A DNA stretch of 64,000 bases, from positions 42,473,567 through 42,537,566 of the forward strand of contig JARFYF010000022.1 of assembly GCA_030265395.1 (NCBI GenBank), read 5' to 3'. A program made the translations under genes and the position numbers. The DNA is from Rhina ancylostomus (lineage: Eukaryota). Under the pieces are notes generated by a model. The model worked only from the letters and a program-made list of their open reading frames with translations, made no database searches and had not been told where the DNA came from. Below are positions 38,701 to 53,700 of this stretch, in pieces (position 1 is the stretch's first letter; the number at the start of each line of letters is the position of its first letter).

Positions 38701-41700
38701 TGTAGGTACTGTGCACCTTTCAAGTGGAAAAGCAATTGCATCATATCAGCATAAATGGACAAAATGCTCTGCCAAATCAAAGGAATAGATGTTAAAATGG
38801 AGCAAATGAAATTTGAGGATTTCAAAAACAGGAAGGTGGAGATCACTGGACAAAGTCAATTGAAACAGCAACTACAAATGGGAAGAAAACCAAGCAGGAA
38901 ATGTATACTGTAAGTAAGTAGTCCAAGAAATGTACGCCATAAAATATTGCTGGCTGAAGTGATCCTGGAGGTAAAAAAGGGCCAAGAGTAGCATTTTTAA
39001 CATGTGAGATTGGAAACCACTACACAGCATGAAAAGGGCTGATGGATAAGTGGAACTTGGTGGAGGATGAGATAAAGCACCTGGAGAATAGGATATGGGT
39101 GAACAGGTTCACTTTGAGAGTGATACACACACAGTCAGAGAGTAGGGTGCAACTGGAAATAATAAGGAAAAGGAAATAAAATGTCTTTGATGGGATTAGA
39201 GAACACTAATACAAAAGCAAAATACTGTTAATGCTGGAAGTATGAAATATAAACAAAAAATGTTCAGATGGAAAGTCAGCATCTGTGGACAGAGGAAAAA
39301 GTTAACATTTCATATTGAAATCTGAATCTTTTGTCCAAACTGAGAATAGTTCAAAATAAATCTATTAAGCCATAGAGAAGGGGATTAGGGGAAAGAATGT
39401 AAAAGAGGAAGTAGAACGTTGGAAGAGGAAATAAAGCAAATTGAAAGCTGGTGCTCTAAAATAAAAACATAAAGTGCTGGAAATATTCAGCAGGTCAGGC
39501 CACGTGTGTTGGAAAAGAAACAGAGCTAACATTTCAGGTCAAAACTGGGAACCAAACGTCTGAAGAAGCTGCAAATGGAGAACTTCCTTGAAATTACTGG
39601 AAGAACATTAAATAAATTCTGGAAATCTGAAATAAAAATGCCAAAATTTTGATGATCTTGAACTGTCAAACTCAGTGAGTCCTGAAATCAGTGAATGGAG
39701 TAGAATTGATGGCTGTGATATGCAAGTAGTTAACAACAAAGTTTAAATAATTTAGCTATGTAGGAGCATAATCCAGAGCCAAGTGTGTAGATGCTATTTG
39801 AGTTAAGATTGGAAAGTACAAAGAGAAGGATTTAAGGATGCAACGTGTAGGAGTGTTTATCTCTGGTAAGAAGACACGCAAGGGATAGCTCAAGCAAATA
39901 GTGAAATGTACATGCCTATTTTAAAGCATTTCTAATGTCTCTTACTCTTTCAATTTCATTGCAGTAATGCAGTAGTGTTACAAAAATAGTTAAAGCAAAT
40001 ACAACATATCAACATGGCTCAAGATTGAGAAACAAAGAATGATTGGCAGGCAAGCCAAAGGAATGTTAATTGCAAAGAATGGATGAAACTGAATTATTTT
40101 AAAATTTACAGACTGAAGGTCAAGTCACTAATCTGAACTGGCAGTAGGTTTGAAACAAGCAGATGCCTGTGACAGAAGTATATTAAGTCTTCCAGCAAAG
40201 TGTTTAATAAGTATGGGACTCAAAACAAATTAGGAGCAGAACAGTAATTAAGAGGACAAAGGAGAAGTTGAAATAGCCCAAGGACATTTCTTGTATTCTG
40301 ATACAAATGCCTTTTACTTCAGTGACAATTAGTGTGAAAGTCCCATTCAAGGACAGCTCAGTCTGCAAGATAACAAACAAGGATAAGGAATAGTTTAATC
40401 TGCAAAGGAATCGCAGCTAGTAATGATTAAAATATAAAATGTCCTTTTGAAAAGAGCACAGGTAATATAGCAGAAGAGACAGCTGGCAAGATCAAAGAAA
40501 ACAAAACTGTATAAAGAATCATACAGCACCGAAACAGGCCCTTTGGCCTACCACGTCCATCTACAATAGTCCCAATTACATTAGGATCTGTAGCCTTTTG
40601 ATCTTCTGTGCCTTGGCGATTTGAGTACTTGTCCAGATGTTTATCAAATGTTGAGAGAGTATCTGCTTCCACCAACTCTTCAGGCAGTGTACTCTAGACT
40701 CTTAATCACAATGAAACAAATTCTCCTCACCTCCCCTCTAAACCAATTAAACCAGATACCCCCACCAAGGGAAAAAGATTTTTACTACCCACCCATCTCC
40801 ATCATAATTTTACAGGCCACTATGAGGCCACCCCTCAAGTCTCCTTCACTCCAGGGAAAACAAACGCAGCATATCCAGTCTCCACTTATAACTGAAATGC
40901 TCCTATCCAGGCAACATCCTAATGAATCTTACCACACCTTCTTCAGCTCAATTATTCCTATAGTGTGGCAAACAGAACTGTACACAATACTCCAGGTATG
41001 GTCTAACCATTGTTTTATAAAGATGTAACATAATGTCCTGATGGAGTATTGATTTCAAAAAATGTGGAGTGCGCACAGGCTGAGAGCGTGTGCGTGTGAG
41101 CACGGAGAGCGCGCAGCTGAGCAGTGTGATCTCTCCTTAAATCCTGGGATTGGACAATTTTACACGAAAGCACTCGACCATGCCATAGCTGGTTTTATTC
41201 GATAGTGTTAGCGGTTGCTTGCCTTCTATTTTTGATTGCACTTATGCACCATGCTTCAGAGATTGCAGTTTTTTTAAATGGTGGTCTATGTGGACATAGC
41301 TTCAAAGTGTGCACTTATAATTATAGTACAAGATACTTTTCAGTTTTGAATAAATGCAAGAAAGAAACGTGAAACAGAACAAGAGCATGAAAGATGGAAT
41401 GAAGTTGACAAGAAAATAATAATGAATTGTCTTCATTCTGCTTTTCAAAAGTCTTTGCATTGTGAATTGGGAAATGATACTTTTTTGTAATTTTAAACTA
41501 GTATCATAGTGCTGGCGTGAAACAGAATAACACACCACAGTGTCTTCACCAGACAAATCAGGAGTGCTCCCCAAGCCCATCAGTGACAACCTCGCCTCAA
41601 GAATTTAACCTAAAACTAAGCTACAACGTTATCTTTCAGAATGGACTGGACTGGCAATTTCAATAAAGTACCTAAACCTTGATTCTACAGTACTGCTGTC

Positions 41701-44700
41701 AATGTGCACTTTATACTTAATGACTATTGTTACTGTCCCACCTGTAATTACATGGGTGCAGTGGTGATGATCCACTATAGGGACGATCTACAAAGTGGTC
41801 TATGATAATTCCCATGATTGGCTGGGTCCGCTCCAGCTGCCTGTGAAATAATTCAAAGTAAAAATTACAACGTAAAAGAGCTGCTAAAAATGACATGCAT
41901 TACGCTCCCTGCTTAACTGATCACGTTAAGCAGTAGGACAAGGCTCTAACCTAGTAATAGTTCACTTGTCAAAATTGATATCTGGTAAGATTATCAAAAT
42001 AATAGCACGTGAAGAATAACCAGAGCTATTCTGATAAACAGGGTCAAAATCATACAAATAATGGTGTAAGTACAGTGGAGAAAGAGTCCACATTTTTCAT
42101 CACAGTTGTGTGTTTTGGTCAAAAGATGCATTAATGAGTTGCTTTAATTTTAGAACTGTTAATTTCCAGTGTCTTAATTCTCTTCATATTTAATAACTGC
42201 AAAACAACCAAAGTACAAGGCGATTCGAGTAATCACAAACAGTCAAAAACATGGAATGCAGTTGCATATGAGTTTGATTTCTGTCTGCCTTCACAGTCTG
42301 AATTACAACAAACCACAAGGCACAACATAGATGATCTGGCATCTTTCTGCCTCAGGGTGAAAGGTGGAAAGGAAAAATGAAAATTAAAACCAAGAACCAA
42401 ATATCATTCTTTATGGATCATGAAATGGAAAAAAATTGAAAATACAATTTTCAAAATGTCTTCTTATTCACAAGATTTGACAACAGCCTCAAATTCACCA
42501 CTGATTTCTAATACATGCCATGATAAAACTCCATTTCTAAGACAGTAGGTGGTGAGACATTTTGACTCTTCAGTTCTATGTCCGCTTTGCACAAGAGTAA
42601 TTCAAAACTATATATTGTGCCCCATTCACCAACATGGCCCTCTATGTCTCTGCTTAAAAGGTTTTCCTTCAAAAAGGTTCCCTTTAAATAGACACTGTGA
42701 CAGGAAGTAGTTGGGGCAATATATTCTGGACTTTAGCAATGTAGCATGTAAATAAATTTCGGCTCTGTGCTCTTACATTAGGGAATCTATGAAAGAGTAA
42801 TAAATCATCAGAGAAAATTGTTGTTCTCTCCTTAATGCATCAAAAGCCAATCGAGAACTGCTCTTACATTACAAATTTGTTTTTAATTTAAGTGAGAAAT
42901 ATCAGTATTCTTGGTTATTTTTTAATTACTGTAAGATTATGGTGAATAGCTTGTGACTGATGATTCTAACACTTCTGTCATTCAACAAATTGAAAGATGT
43001 GCTGACTCTAATTGATCCCATTTAATTGAGCAATGTCTAAAATCTGCCAAATTTAATTTAAAAGACTGCTGCAGTTTCTTAAGTAAATCCAACTGATAGG
43101 AAGACTGCTGACTTACAAGAAGGACAAATTAATATTAAAATTTTATATTTGGCCCTTAGGCTAGAGCAAGGATTTTCTTCTTATGCAAGTGTGCTGCCAG
43201 TATTTACTCCTACATGAAACCAGCTCAAATTCACTCTCTAAAACTAATTACAAGAAATAGATTTGATTTCAAAATTTGGCATTCATTTGCCTTTACTTCA
43301 ACCTGTTGTACCTCCATCCAATCTACATGCAGAATTTTTATACAAAGGGCAACAGCAGAGGAAAAAATACAATTCCACCCTCTCATCTATTAATTCTTCA
43401 ATAATCAGGCCTTATTCTTCATAGTCATCATTCTCACTCATCAACTACATTTTACAAACTAATTGAATGTCAGGTCCAGTGACGCACTAACGAGAATGTA
43501 GAATTAATCTTTGATGTGGAACAAAGAGGAAATTCGGGGCAACAAAGGAAGGAAGGGCCTGCATTAATCTGTAATATTTTGGCCTTTACTGGTATTGGCA
43601 ATATATCCTGCAACGTTAAATTCTGCTTGCCATCACAATGTCAGGGCAACAGATTGATTTCTACAGTAATTCAGAAACTTCTTTGTGCTTCCAACTTAAT
43701 GTTGCAGAAATTGCAGACTGCACAATGTCTGGCCCCTGCTGCAAAACACTGAATCATCCTACCCATCCGTAGAGGGTCTTGGAAGGTCACTCACACTCCC
43801 ACTCCTAAGCTCTCCACCCTCCTTCTCTACTGACTTGTGCAAACTACTGCAATTAAAAGAAAATATGTATTTTCTTCAATTTTGTTTCTCTTCTCAAGAA
43901 CTGCCACAATTTAAAGTCCACCCTGCAATTTATGAATGGCCTGAATTGTTTAGTAAATTAAGGAGCCATGAAACATTTCATACTATTATTGCAAAGGTGC
44001 AAGCACTGAAACTCTTCTCGATAATCATAAAGCAATGAACAGAGGCTGTGAGATTCATCAATTCATACAACTGACACAAATAAACTACCAAAAATAGTTC
44101 TCATTTGGTTTTGGCTCGGCAGCTATCCTGGCACAGGAACAATGAAAGACCATGCTTTGTCTGAAGCTATATAAAGGGCTCAATTTCAAATCCTTGAACA
44201 AAATCCTCATTATTTTACTGGGACTTATTTTGGTTCTTGGGGACAGAAATGGATGCATAAATCCAAACAAACTTAAAAAAAATGCCAGAAATTGGAGTTT
44301 TTTCTTCAAGATTTGAATTAATTATGTCTCACATATATGAAAAGAAACTGTCAAATGGTAATTGTGACTCACCTTGAAATGATTTTTAATCTACATTCCA
44401 TAAAAACAAGATTATTAAAGGTAATCATAACACCATTCTAGGACAGGTGGGCAAGGGAAGACCGAAATTTCAAAATCAACAATACCTGACTCAATCACAT
44501 TTTCAATGCACCCACTTCCAGTTTCAACAAGAACAATTTAGGAAAGGTGATTAATTTGTTGTTCTGAGTCGAGTCTGGAATCAGACTGCTTGCATCAAAC
44601 TTTGAGGTAAAAGATCAGCCGTGACATCAGTGAATGCCAGAGGTGCTGACTAATCTACTCTAGCTTCTAGTTCTTAGGTCCTATGGTAACATTTCACATC

Positions 44701-47700
44701 CCTAATAAGATTAGTTAACTCAAGAGTGTCAAGATATCCTCAAAAATTGGTTAGTTAAGAGCCTTGTATCTTTGTAGATAAAACGTTGAAGGTACTTACA
44801 AAACACAGGAATTGCAATTCCAGAGTCTGGAGGTTTTAGAATTACAGAGTGATAATGAACCCGTTAGCGTTTGTATTGTATAATCAGCTTTTAAATTTTG
44901 ATTTCTTGTGTTAAGTGGAGAAGATAACAGGAGAGGTCTAAGGGGCCTTCAGCCATTCCTTTTCTTCAAACTCATTTTGCATTCAGTTTGAATTCTAAGC
45001 TAGAATTCAAGCCCTCCTTGACTTGGGAAGCTGTATTATCACTGATCTAGTCAATGTAGCACCCATAAACAAATGATTTTGCTCCTTTTTGGAAGGCAAT
45101 GGTACAGGCGATTCCTGTGTTACGGCCATTTGGGTAATGGAAATTTGCCCTTAAAGAATTCACAACCCAAAAATTTGAGTTCCAGAATAAAATGTGGAAA
45201 AAAAAAACAAAATATTTTTTTTTCAAGATGTAATACAGACCATTTTCTATGAATACAATCACTCTCTGGGGGTTGATTGTATTCAAATACAATATCTGCA
45301 GCATGGTTCAATATCTCGATGCATCATCCACTAACTATATTTTCCAACCTCTATGCCTGAAGTTTTACTTACCAAAGATATTACAAAATGAAAATATACC
45401 TTGCTCTCAGAGACAAAGCAATTAATTGAAGGTTACTATGATACAGCACAGAAGGAAGCCATTCAGCCCATGATCCTTCTGTCAATTCTTTGGAAGAGGT
45501 ATCCAATTTACCCCATCCTTTGCTCTTTTTCCACAGCTCTACAATTTTTCCCTCTTCGAATATTTATCCAGATCTCTTCTGGATTGGCATCTTCCAAGTT
45601 TGTAGCCAGCTTGTTTCAGATTATAATAACAGAACACTTTTTCTCCATGCATCCCTTCAGGTTCTTTTGCCAATTACCTGTGTTGGTGCTCTTTAGTTCT
45701 CAATGCTACTGCCATTCTTATCAGTCACCATATTGAAATGCTTCACGTTTTCAAATTCTGCTATCAAATTTTCTATTAGACTTTCTTGTGTCAAGAATAA
45801 TTATCTCAGCTTCACTGATTCTAATTATCCTCAGACTTAATCTCTTTTATCATTTCTGGTAAATTTCTCTGCACTCAAGTTTTTGATTTATTTTCTAAAA
45901 CCTTCCAAATTATCTACGTGGTACCAATTGGGGCCAAATGTTTCACAAAAATTTTAACATCCCTGCTTTTTTACGTTACGCCTTCATTCATCAGTCAGGA
46001 ATCTTATGCTTAAACAATCCCAATTCCAAATTCTCCCAATTTGCCTTGCCACCTTCAAAAGAAGTCTCTATTCCTATATTCACTTTAAAACTACCATTTA
46101 GTTGAGAATCAGGTAAGGATGTGAAAAGGATCATGAAAGGTAAACCGTATTTGATGGACTGGTATTCTCTGAGGACATAAAGAGCAAGATGGATGAGGGC
46201 ACCACCAGTAGTCATGTATGTGAATTTACAAAAGGCACACGGAAGTTACTCCTCAAGCTAAAAACTCATGGTAGTGGTGTAATATATTAGTAGAGACTTG
46301 TGAAAGGCTAACTGAGAGAAATTAGAGCTTTGTGATATACAAATTATTTTTAGATTGCCAAGCTGGGTTCCACAGGGACCAGTGCGAGAGCCTCAACTAT
46401 TTCCAATCTATGTTATAAACTCAGATATAGAGACCAACTGTATGATAAGAAAATTTGCTGATGATATAAAAGGTAAGTGGGAAGTCAAGTTGTGAGAACA
46501 CGAAATCTGCTAAGTGATACATAGAGAAAATTGGTAGATAATAATGTGGGAAATGAGAGATTTTCATTTTAATAGAAAGAAAGGAAAAAATATTGTTTAA
46601 ATGGATAGATACCATAGAATGCTGTTGTTAGAGGGATGTCGGTGTCCTTGCATAAGAAAAACAAGCATCACTAGGTTAGTTCCTGGGATAAAGATATTGT
46701 CTTACGAAGGAAGGTGAGGCAGGTTGCAGAAATATCGAAAGGTACAAATTTCTGAGGGGACCTCACGGGGTGGACACAGGGAAAATGTTTGAAAATGTAT
46801 GGGAGGGCAGAGTTTGATATTAAGGGGTTGCTAATTTGGGAGATGAGAAGGAATCTTGTCTCTTCGGCATTGTAAATCTTGGGAATGCTCCACACGAGTC
46901 ACGGATGTTGACTCATTGAATGTATTCATGGCAAAGACAGACAGGTTTTATAGGCAAATTCTGTAAGGGAATCAAAGGTTATGGGAACAGGAGGGAAAGT
47001 GGAGCAGAGATTGTGATCAGATTGGTTATGACCTCATTGAAAGGTGGAGGAAAGTTAAGGAGCAATATACTCTAGTCCTGCACATATTTTATTATGTTGT
47101 TGCTTCTCCTGTCTTTTCCCATAAAAATCAGTCACTTGTGTTTAAATTTCATCTAGTATTTTACTAATTTACATCCACCTGCTGTGTTTACTGTCCCTCT
47201 CACTGATTACTGCATTTCAAGATGTGTCATGTGCAAACTTTGAAATTCTGACTTGTTAAAGAATCAGTTTAACACATTTGAGAAGTGTGGGTGGGGACAG
47301 GGGCACATTCTGCATTTCCACTGAACCAGGGCAGGATAAAAAAAAGTCACTAAAGCAGGCAATTCTTGTTATGGCAGCTCATTCCCCTATTGTATATTCC
47401 CCTCAACATTTTTCAAAGGAATTCATGTCTTTTTGAAAACACCTCATTTGAGTATGAAATTACTCCCATAATTTTTATAAAAGTTTATTTTCTATATTCA
47501 CATTAATTGAATCATCTCCTTTTGTTCATGATGATAATACAGGGAGGAGTTATTTCCTAATTAATCTGTCAGTAACACTTCACCATTTTGAAAACCACAG
47601 AAAGATCACCTCTAAATCTCACATCATAAGATAATGCTCTTCTTAGCCAGTCAGTAGGACTCAATCCTTTCATTCTATTTAAAACCAGATTTGTTGCTAC

Positions 47701-50700
47701 ACAAAAAACAGCCATTTGTTGTCCTTGTTCCCGAAATAAGCCTAACAATGAACTAAAATAAGAGCAAAACAAAATATCAAGGTTGTCCAACTCTGCAGTT
47801 TACTTCCCAAGAAGAGTTTCAAACTGCATCCCAATTTAACAATCAAGAAGCTGCAGAACTATCTGGTGCTTCAAATTCTGGTGCTATGAATTTGGCAGTT
47901 GAGTATTTTCTGTGATCTATTCTTCTACTTTAAGGCAAGATCCCCGTCTTCATCACCGATCATCCTTCCCAACTCCACCCATGATTGCAACATTTCCTAC
48001 TGTTATCCTCCCCATCCAGTTCGATCTCCTCAGGAGCAACACTTCCCTTCCATTCCCTTTCCTATCTCCTCAGCAATCCTGCTTAAATCATCTTATTTCC
48101 CCCGTTCAACTGGAAATCTTCCATTAATACTCCACCCAATCATCTCTCAACCATGGTGACAGATAGTACAGTAATGACCTCATCTGTGGCTTGTACAAAA
48201 ATAACTGTTGAAGAACCAGAACTGTCATTGCAAGTAGATGGAATGCACACTGAAGGATCATAATCTTGCACCCAAACTGAAACACCAGTTGAAGAATTGA
48301 GTCCTAAGTCTTTTGCACTATTAAATGTTGACATTTTTCAAAGCATCTATTTTGCACCTGCAAGATTATAAAGTTTCATTCAAAAAAAATCACAGCATTA
48401 TCATGTGATCCACTTGAAAAATCAAGCAGATCACACAAATTAAGGCTTTTTTTTCTCAATCTTGTCCACCTACCAGACTCCTCAAAACTTAGCTTCTCCA
48501 GATAATTTTGCCCAATTTTGCTGGCCATAAGAGTTTTGCACCTGAATGACGAGGTTATGATGGTAATGGGATTGAAATGATATAATTAGGTGATGGGTAA
48601 AGGCTGGAAAAAGCCCTGCCCATGAAGCTGTTTTGGATCCCTTTGACAGGCAATAAAGCTGGCGGCCTTATCTTCGCTATGCTGTTATGGTTTCCAAAGC
48701 TACTGTATGTCATTGACAATTAGGAACACTTAAAATCCATTAAAACAGTAAAAAATTGAAATTAAAATTTTGATAAAAGTACTTAATTTTTTTTTAGTTT
48801 TTAAGAATTAAAAAAATATTTATAGCATGATAACAGGCCCTTCCGACCCGACGAGTCCCCGCCACCCATTTTAAACCCATGTTAACCTACCCGTATGTCT
48901 TTGAAATGTGGGAGGAAACCGGAGCACCCGGAGGAAACCCACGCAGACACGGGAGAACGTACAAACTCTCTACAGACAGAGACGGGAATCGAACCCCTAT
49001 CGCTGGTGCTGTAATAGCATCATGCTAACTGCTACGCTACTGTGTCGCCCACAGTACATTAAACCAATCACAACTTATGATGTAACTCTAGTGGCTCATT
49101 CCTTCTTTCTATGCAATCTCCAATCAGATGAATGGGCTTGTGGATGCTGCACGACACCTGACAGCAGATTCCCAGTGTAATCGCTGGGAAACTCAACAAA
49201 ACCCTTGCAGCCTAGCCAAGAAATCGCTTGGTCATTAAGTTGGGGAGTTTTGAAACTCGCTGGCAAAACCACACAGGAATCTGGACCAATGTGTGGGAAT
49301 AGGAAGGTCACAATTTCTTCTACACCCCACCAACCTAAATTTATTTCCCCTCTCTCACAAACATTCTGAGGTGTTGACAAATTTTTAGGTAGAGTTTTAC
49401 CAAGAGCAAACAATCATGCAGTTTTTTTTAAAACCCTAGTCATTGTTCATTGACATAGTTTGAGTGTGACAAGCACGAGGTTATTCAACCACACGTAGCA
49501 CGACGATGGAGAAAAAAAATTATGTACGTGGTCTTCAATTAGCCACGGTTGACTGAAGTTAAGATCACGGATATAAATTAGCACCCTGCATTTAGACAAC
49601 TTTATTTCTTTAGGAAAGTTAAATGTTCATTCTTAAAAGCATTTTATTATGCTACATAACCCTACTAAATAAACCAATATAATTTAATTATAAACATCAG
49701 ATACAATCATCTAGCCTCTTATCAATACTCAAAACAGATGAAGAATTGTGAAATCATATACAAATTTATTTATCCTAACTTTGCTTACGCCAGTTCCATC
49801 AGTATAAATCTCAAGTTGGTATTAGACATTACCTGCCAGACATGAAAGCCAGGTTAGTTCTGTAAGCACAAGACAGTGTAATGGTGCCAACAGGAGTTCC
49901 AACCATTCCAACCCGTACAGTCTGGAAACCTGTGAGTGAGGGGATAGAGAGACATACACATTGGAGATCGGGGTGGGTGGGGGGTGGTTGGGAAAATAAA
50001 CAGAAAAAATGTACTACTATGTAATGAAAATGAATAGGCAATTTGTTAGTTATATGCTAAATGCAAATAAATATACTGACTTCAATGTAACTAAATTTCT
50101 GAAATAGAGTACAACGTGCAGCCGCTTTGACACTGTGTGTTTAAACTTTTGTTTTGTACATTAAGGGAATCAAGGGTTTTGGAGATAATGCTGGGATATG
50201 TCGCTGTGGTAGAAGATCAGCCATGATGAACAGTTGAGGAGGCTCAAAAGGCCAGATGGCCCCCATCTATTCCTATTTCTTACGATGTTAAGAAAGAAAG
50301 GATGAATTTGTGCTTCTCAGGCTTCAAGAACAATGACAGTGAATGGCGAGGTGGGTAAAGAGCTACTGGCTTGCTCTGGTGGACAAGGCTGCACTAAATC
50401 AGTATTCATGGTAAAGGCTGGAGATAATTTGAGCAAATTTCTTCAAGGGTCTGAGAAATCAGCACCAAATTGATGGATGCTGCACTCTTATCACAGAAGC
50501 AACTGTCCTACATTCTCTTCCTAGAAATGTTTTGCCACAGCTAATAGTTCTTGCGTGACAATATGATAATCCCGAAATCTGAATCAGATGTGAAAAAAAA
50601 CCTACCAAACTGCATGTTAACAATCAGGAGGATAAGAAATGCGATAAAACCATCTCCTTATTTTGATGGCTTTAAAAAGAACCTCCGCAAGGTGGGATAG

Positions 50701-53700
50701 GTCGTTTAGATGGCTGGAGATGCAGCTTCCAAGCAGATCTTGCATAGCATACTACGTTTTAATCAACTGGGCAGAAGCAATGTTTAATATTCATAAATAC
50801 AACCTGAATGTCTGGCATTGGCAAAGACAGTTGGAAAATACCTCCAATGGACAAAAAAAAGGATGGGATTAATTGACAATATGGGAATATAACATAACAG
50901 CATCTGATTAGTCCATTTAAACAAGACCATTAAATAAATGATTGCTTACAGAAATTACCCAAAGGAATCCTCCCACCCTTCTTCTACTCAAGTATAGTCA
51001 TGTTAATTTGACAAATTTGGACTTCTGGACACCAAATGGAAATTTGAACTTGATAGGTCTACTCTGAAGCACGAATAAACTACTTTACATGAAATTCTCC
51101 TTTAAAAATTGGCACTTTAGTTTACCTTATGTGGCACAGGGCTTGGAATTCCAAGTTGAAGTTCAAATCCCATCATGGCCAATTAAAAAAAAGCTAGCAG
51201 CCAACTAGTTCTCTAACATTCATTGGAGAAATGAGCTTGAAACCTGTATCTGGTCTAATCTACAAGTAACACCAATGCCACAGTACCAGTTAGTTCATTT
51301 GCCCTTCAAAGGAGTTAGCAATAGGCCAGAAATAATCTTGCTTGTGTTATCCCATACATTATAAAAAGGTAGAGTAAAACTCTGATAATCTAGTACACTC
51401 GGGACTTTGGTGTTGTTGGACTAACAAATTTCCCAGGCCACTGGAGGTTATTCTTATTCATAACCCAACTCACTTTTTATTCACCGTATTTAGATGTTAG
51501 AGTTTTGTAATAAATTTTCAAGTGATCTGGTGAGTGAGAAGGAAGCGCGGGAACTGGGGCCCCAACAACTGGAAAGGACAGTTTAACCTTTGGCTCGTTT
51601 ATCATTATGGGTGTTAAGGATTCTGTACATATGAAAAAAAGTTCTGCAATTCCCTAATTAGGCATGGAGAGCAAGATCTAACATAATGAGAATATAAAAT
51701 TTACAAACAAACCTTCACCCAGGCCACTCAGCTGCACTTCTCCAAAATATATCCTGCAAAATTGAAAGCAAAGAGATACATCTCATCTAGTACTCAAGTA
51801 AAATACAATGACCATGCTTTAAAGTAATTGGGTATACTAGGAAATATTTTGTGAAAAATTAATTCCACTTCCCAAGGAAAGTAGGGTATTTTCTATACAA
51901 AAAAAATGTCAATAGTTGAAGATCTACAGATGTGGCCTTTGGAGAAAGTTTTTGGATGAATAATCGTTTCAAGCAAACTTACGGTCATTTCAATAGGAAA
52001 TGGCAGCCCAAATCCCAAATTGAGAAATGTCATGCAAGACCCCTAATGACTATGTACCACTGCAAATATTTCTCTCGATTGTATAGTATACAAAATGACT
52101 TTTCTTCCAGCTTTGAGGAATGCTTCATATTTGAATACTTCTTCCCAAGTGTTAATTCTCCTTTACCTATCTGGCTGACCTCCTTCCCATTTTAATTCCA
52201 CCCTTCCCTGGAGCTAATGCGACATGATGAATTTAATAACATAATATTAGTAGTTGTTTGCTATGCCTTAATCGAGAGCTGCCAATGCCTGAATCAATGT
52301 TAGATTGAACCCTAAAGCTGATGGGGAGATAAGGTATTTGTGTGACTCGTTTGTTTTGGTTTCAAATCTAAAGCATACCAAGATAGGTTTTATGCAAATT
52401 TATAATTAGGGAAATAATTGCCCTAAAGTCAGTATTTCAATAAAAACAAAATTAAAACAGTTTGAGGGTAAATGACGTAAAAAAACTTGGAGATGGCAGA
52501 GTAATCCAAAAGATTGGATTAATAATAATCCACTTGAAACAAGTTCAATCTCCATAATGTGAGAGAATCTGGATTCTGTTTAAAAATATCTTGAAAAGCT
52601 TGGAATAGCAAAGTGACCATTAAATTGTTGGATTGTTGTAAACATCCACAGGCTCATTAACGTCATGAGAAAAGGAACAAAGACATCATTTGCTAGGTTG
52701 GTTCATGTGAGGTTTCAAAAACACACTAAATCTGGTTTCATCTAATGTACTGCAAACCACCAGTACATTGGGATGGGCATCAAATGAGTCTTACCTGGAA
52801 CAACTACCTCAGGAGAATGAATTATGAGTAAAATATATTTCCAAGCATTCATCCCAGTCCTTTCACCTTTTAAGTGGAGATAAATCAAACCCCAACAGCA
52901 TACTGCTTGCAGAAAATCATGAGATTAGAACACTAGAAGCAGCTAGGAAATGGCCTTTTACCTGTACAGGATTACATAGTCATGTCCCTGTTTTCTGGAT
53001 AGTTTGTATGCAGGTGTCACTCTAGTGATTGCAAGGAGTGATTTCAACAGCAATGACAGTCTGTTGTAGACAGTGTAGGAAACCTTAATCTCTTTATCAC
53101 ACCTGAATAAAACAAAAGATCAAAATTGTTGGGAAAGCAAGTCATCCCAAAACAGACTCTGCATTTCCATTCCATTTAACATTTGTGATAACGTTTCTGA
53201 AAACAGCGTTATTTGAACCAGCAGCAACCTGATCGTCAGGATTTTAATCAAGTGCCCTTCACCCACTCCAACATGAGACAACTCTATCACTCCTCCGATC
53301 CTGAGAATTACCAGAATGACTCAGGAAAGCAGAACTTGTTCTCAAATTCCCTTTGATTTATCAACATAACATGGTTTAGTTTTAAATTTGAAATTATTCT
53401 GAAAGAACAAACTTACTTTTCACTCATTTCCAAACACCATGTTTCCAACTCCATCGAGTCTCCCTGAAATAAAAAAATGACATGTTTTCAAACAGTTTTT
53501 GAGTACTGAAAGGTGTCAGCTTATATGCCTAAAATCCTCAGGCCAAAGTGACAGTGACTAACGATAGCACTCAGTTTACATAAAGACATCATATACTTCA
53601 TCATATACACTTTAATACGAAAACACCAACCTTACTTTAACTATTACTGACTGGTAATGACCTTCTCAAGCCGTCATTTTTCTCACTGCCTCAGAGAAAT

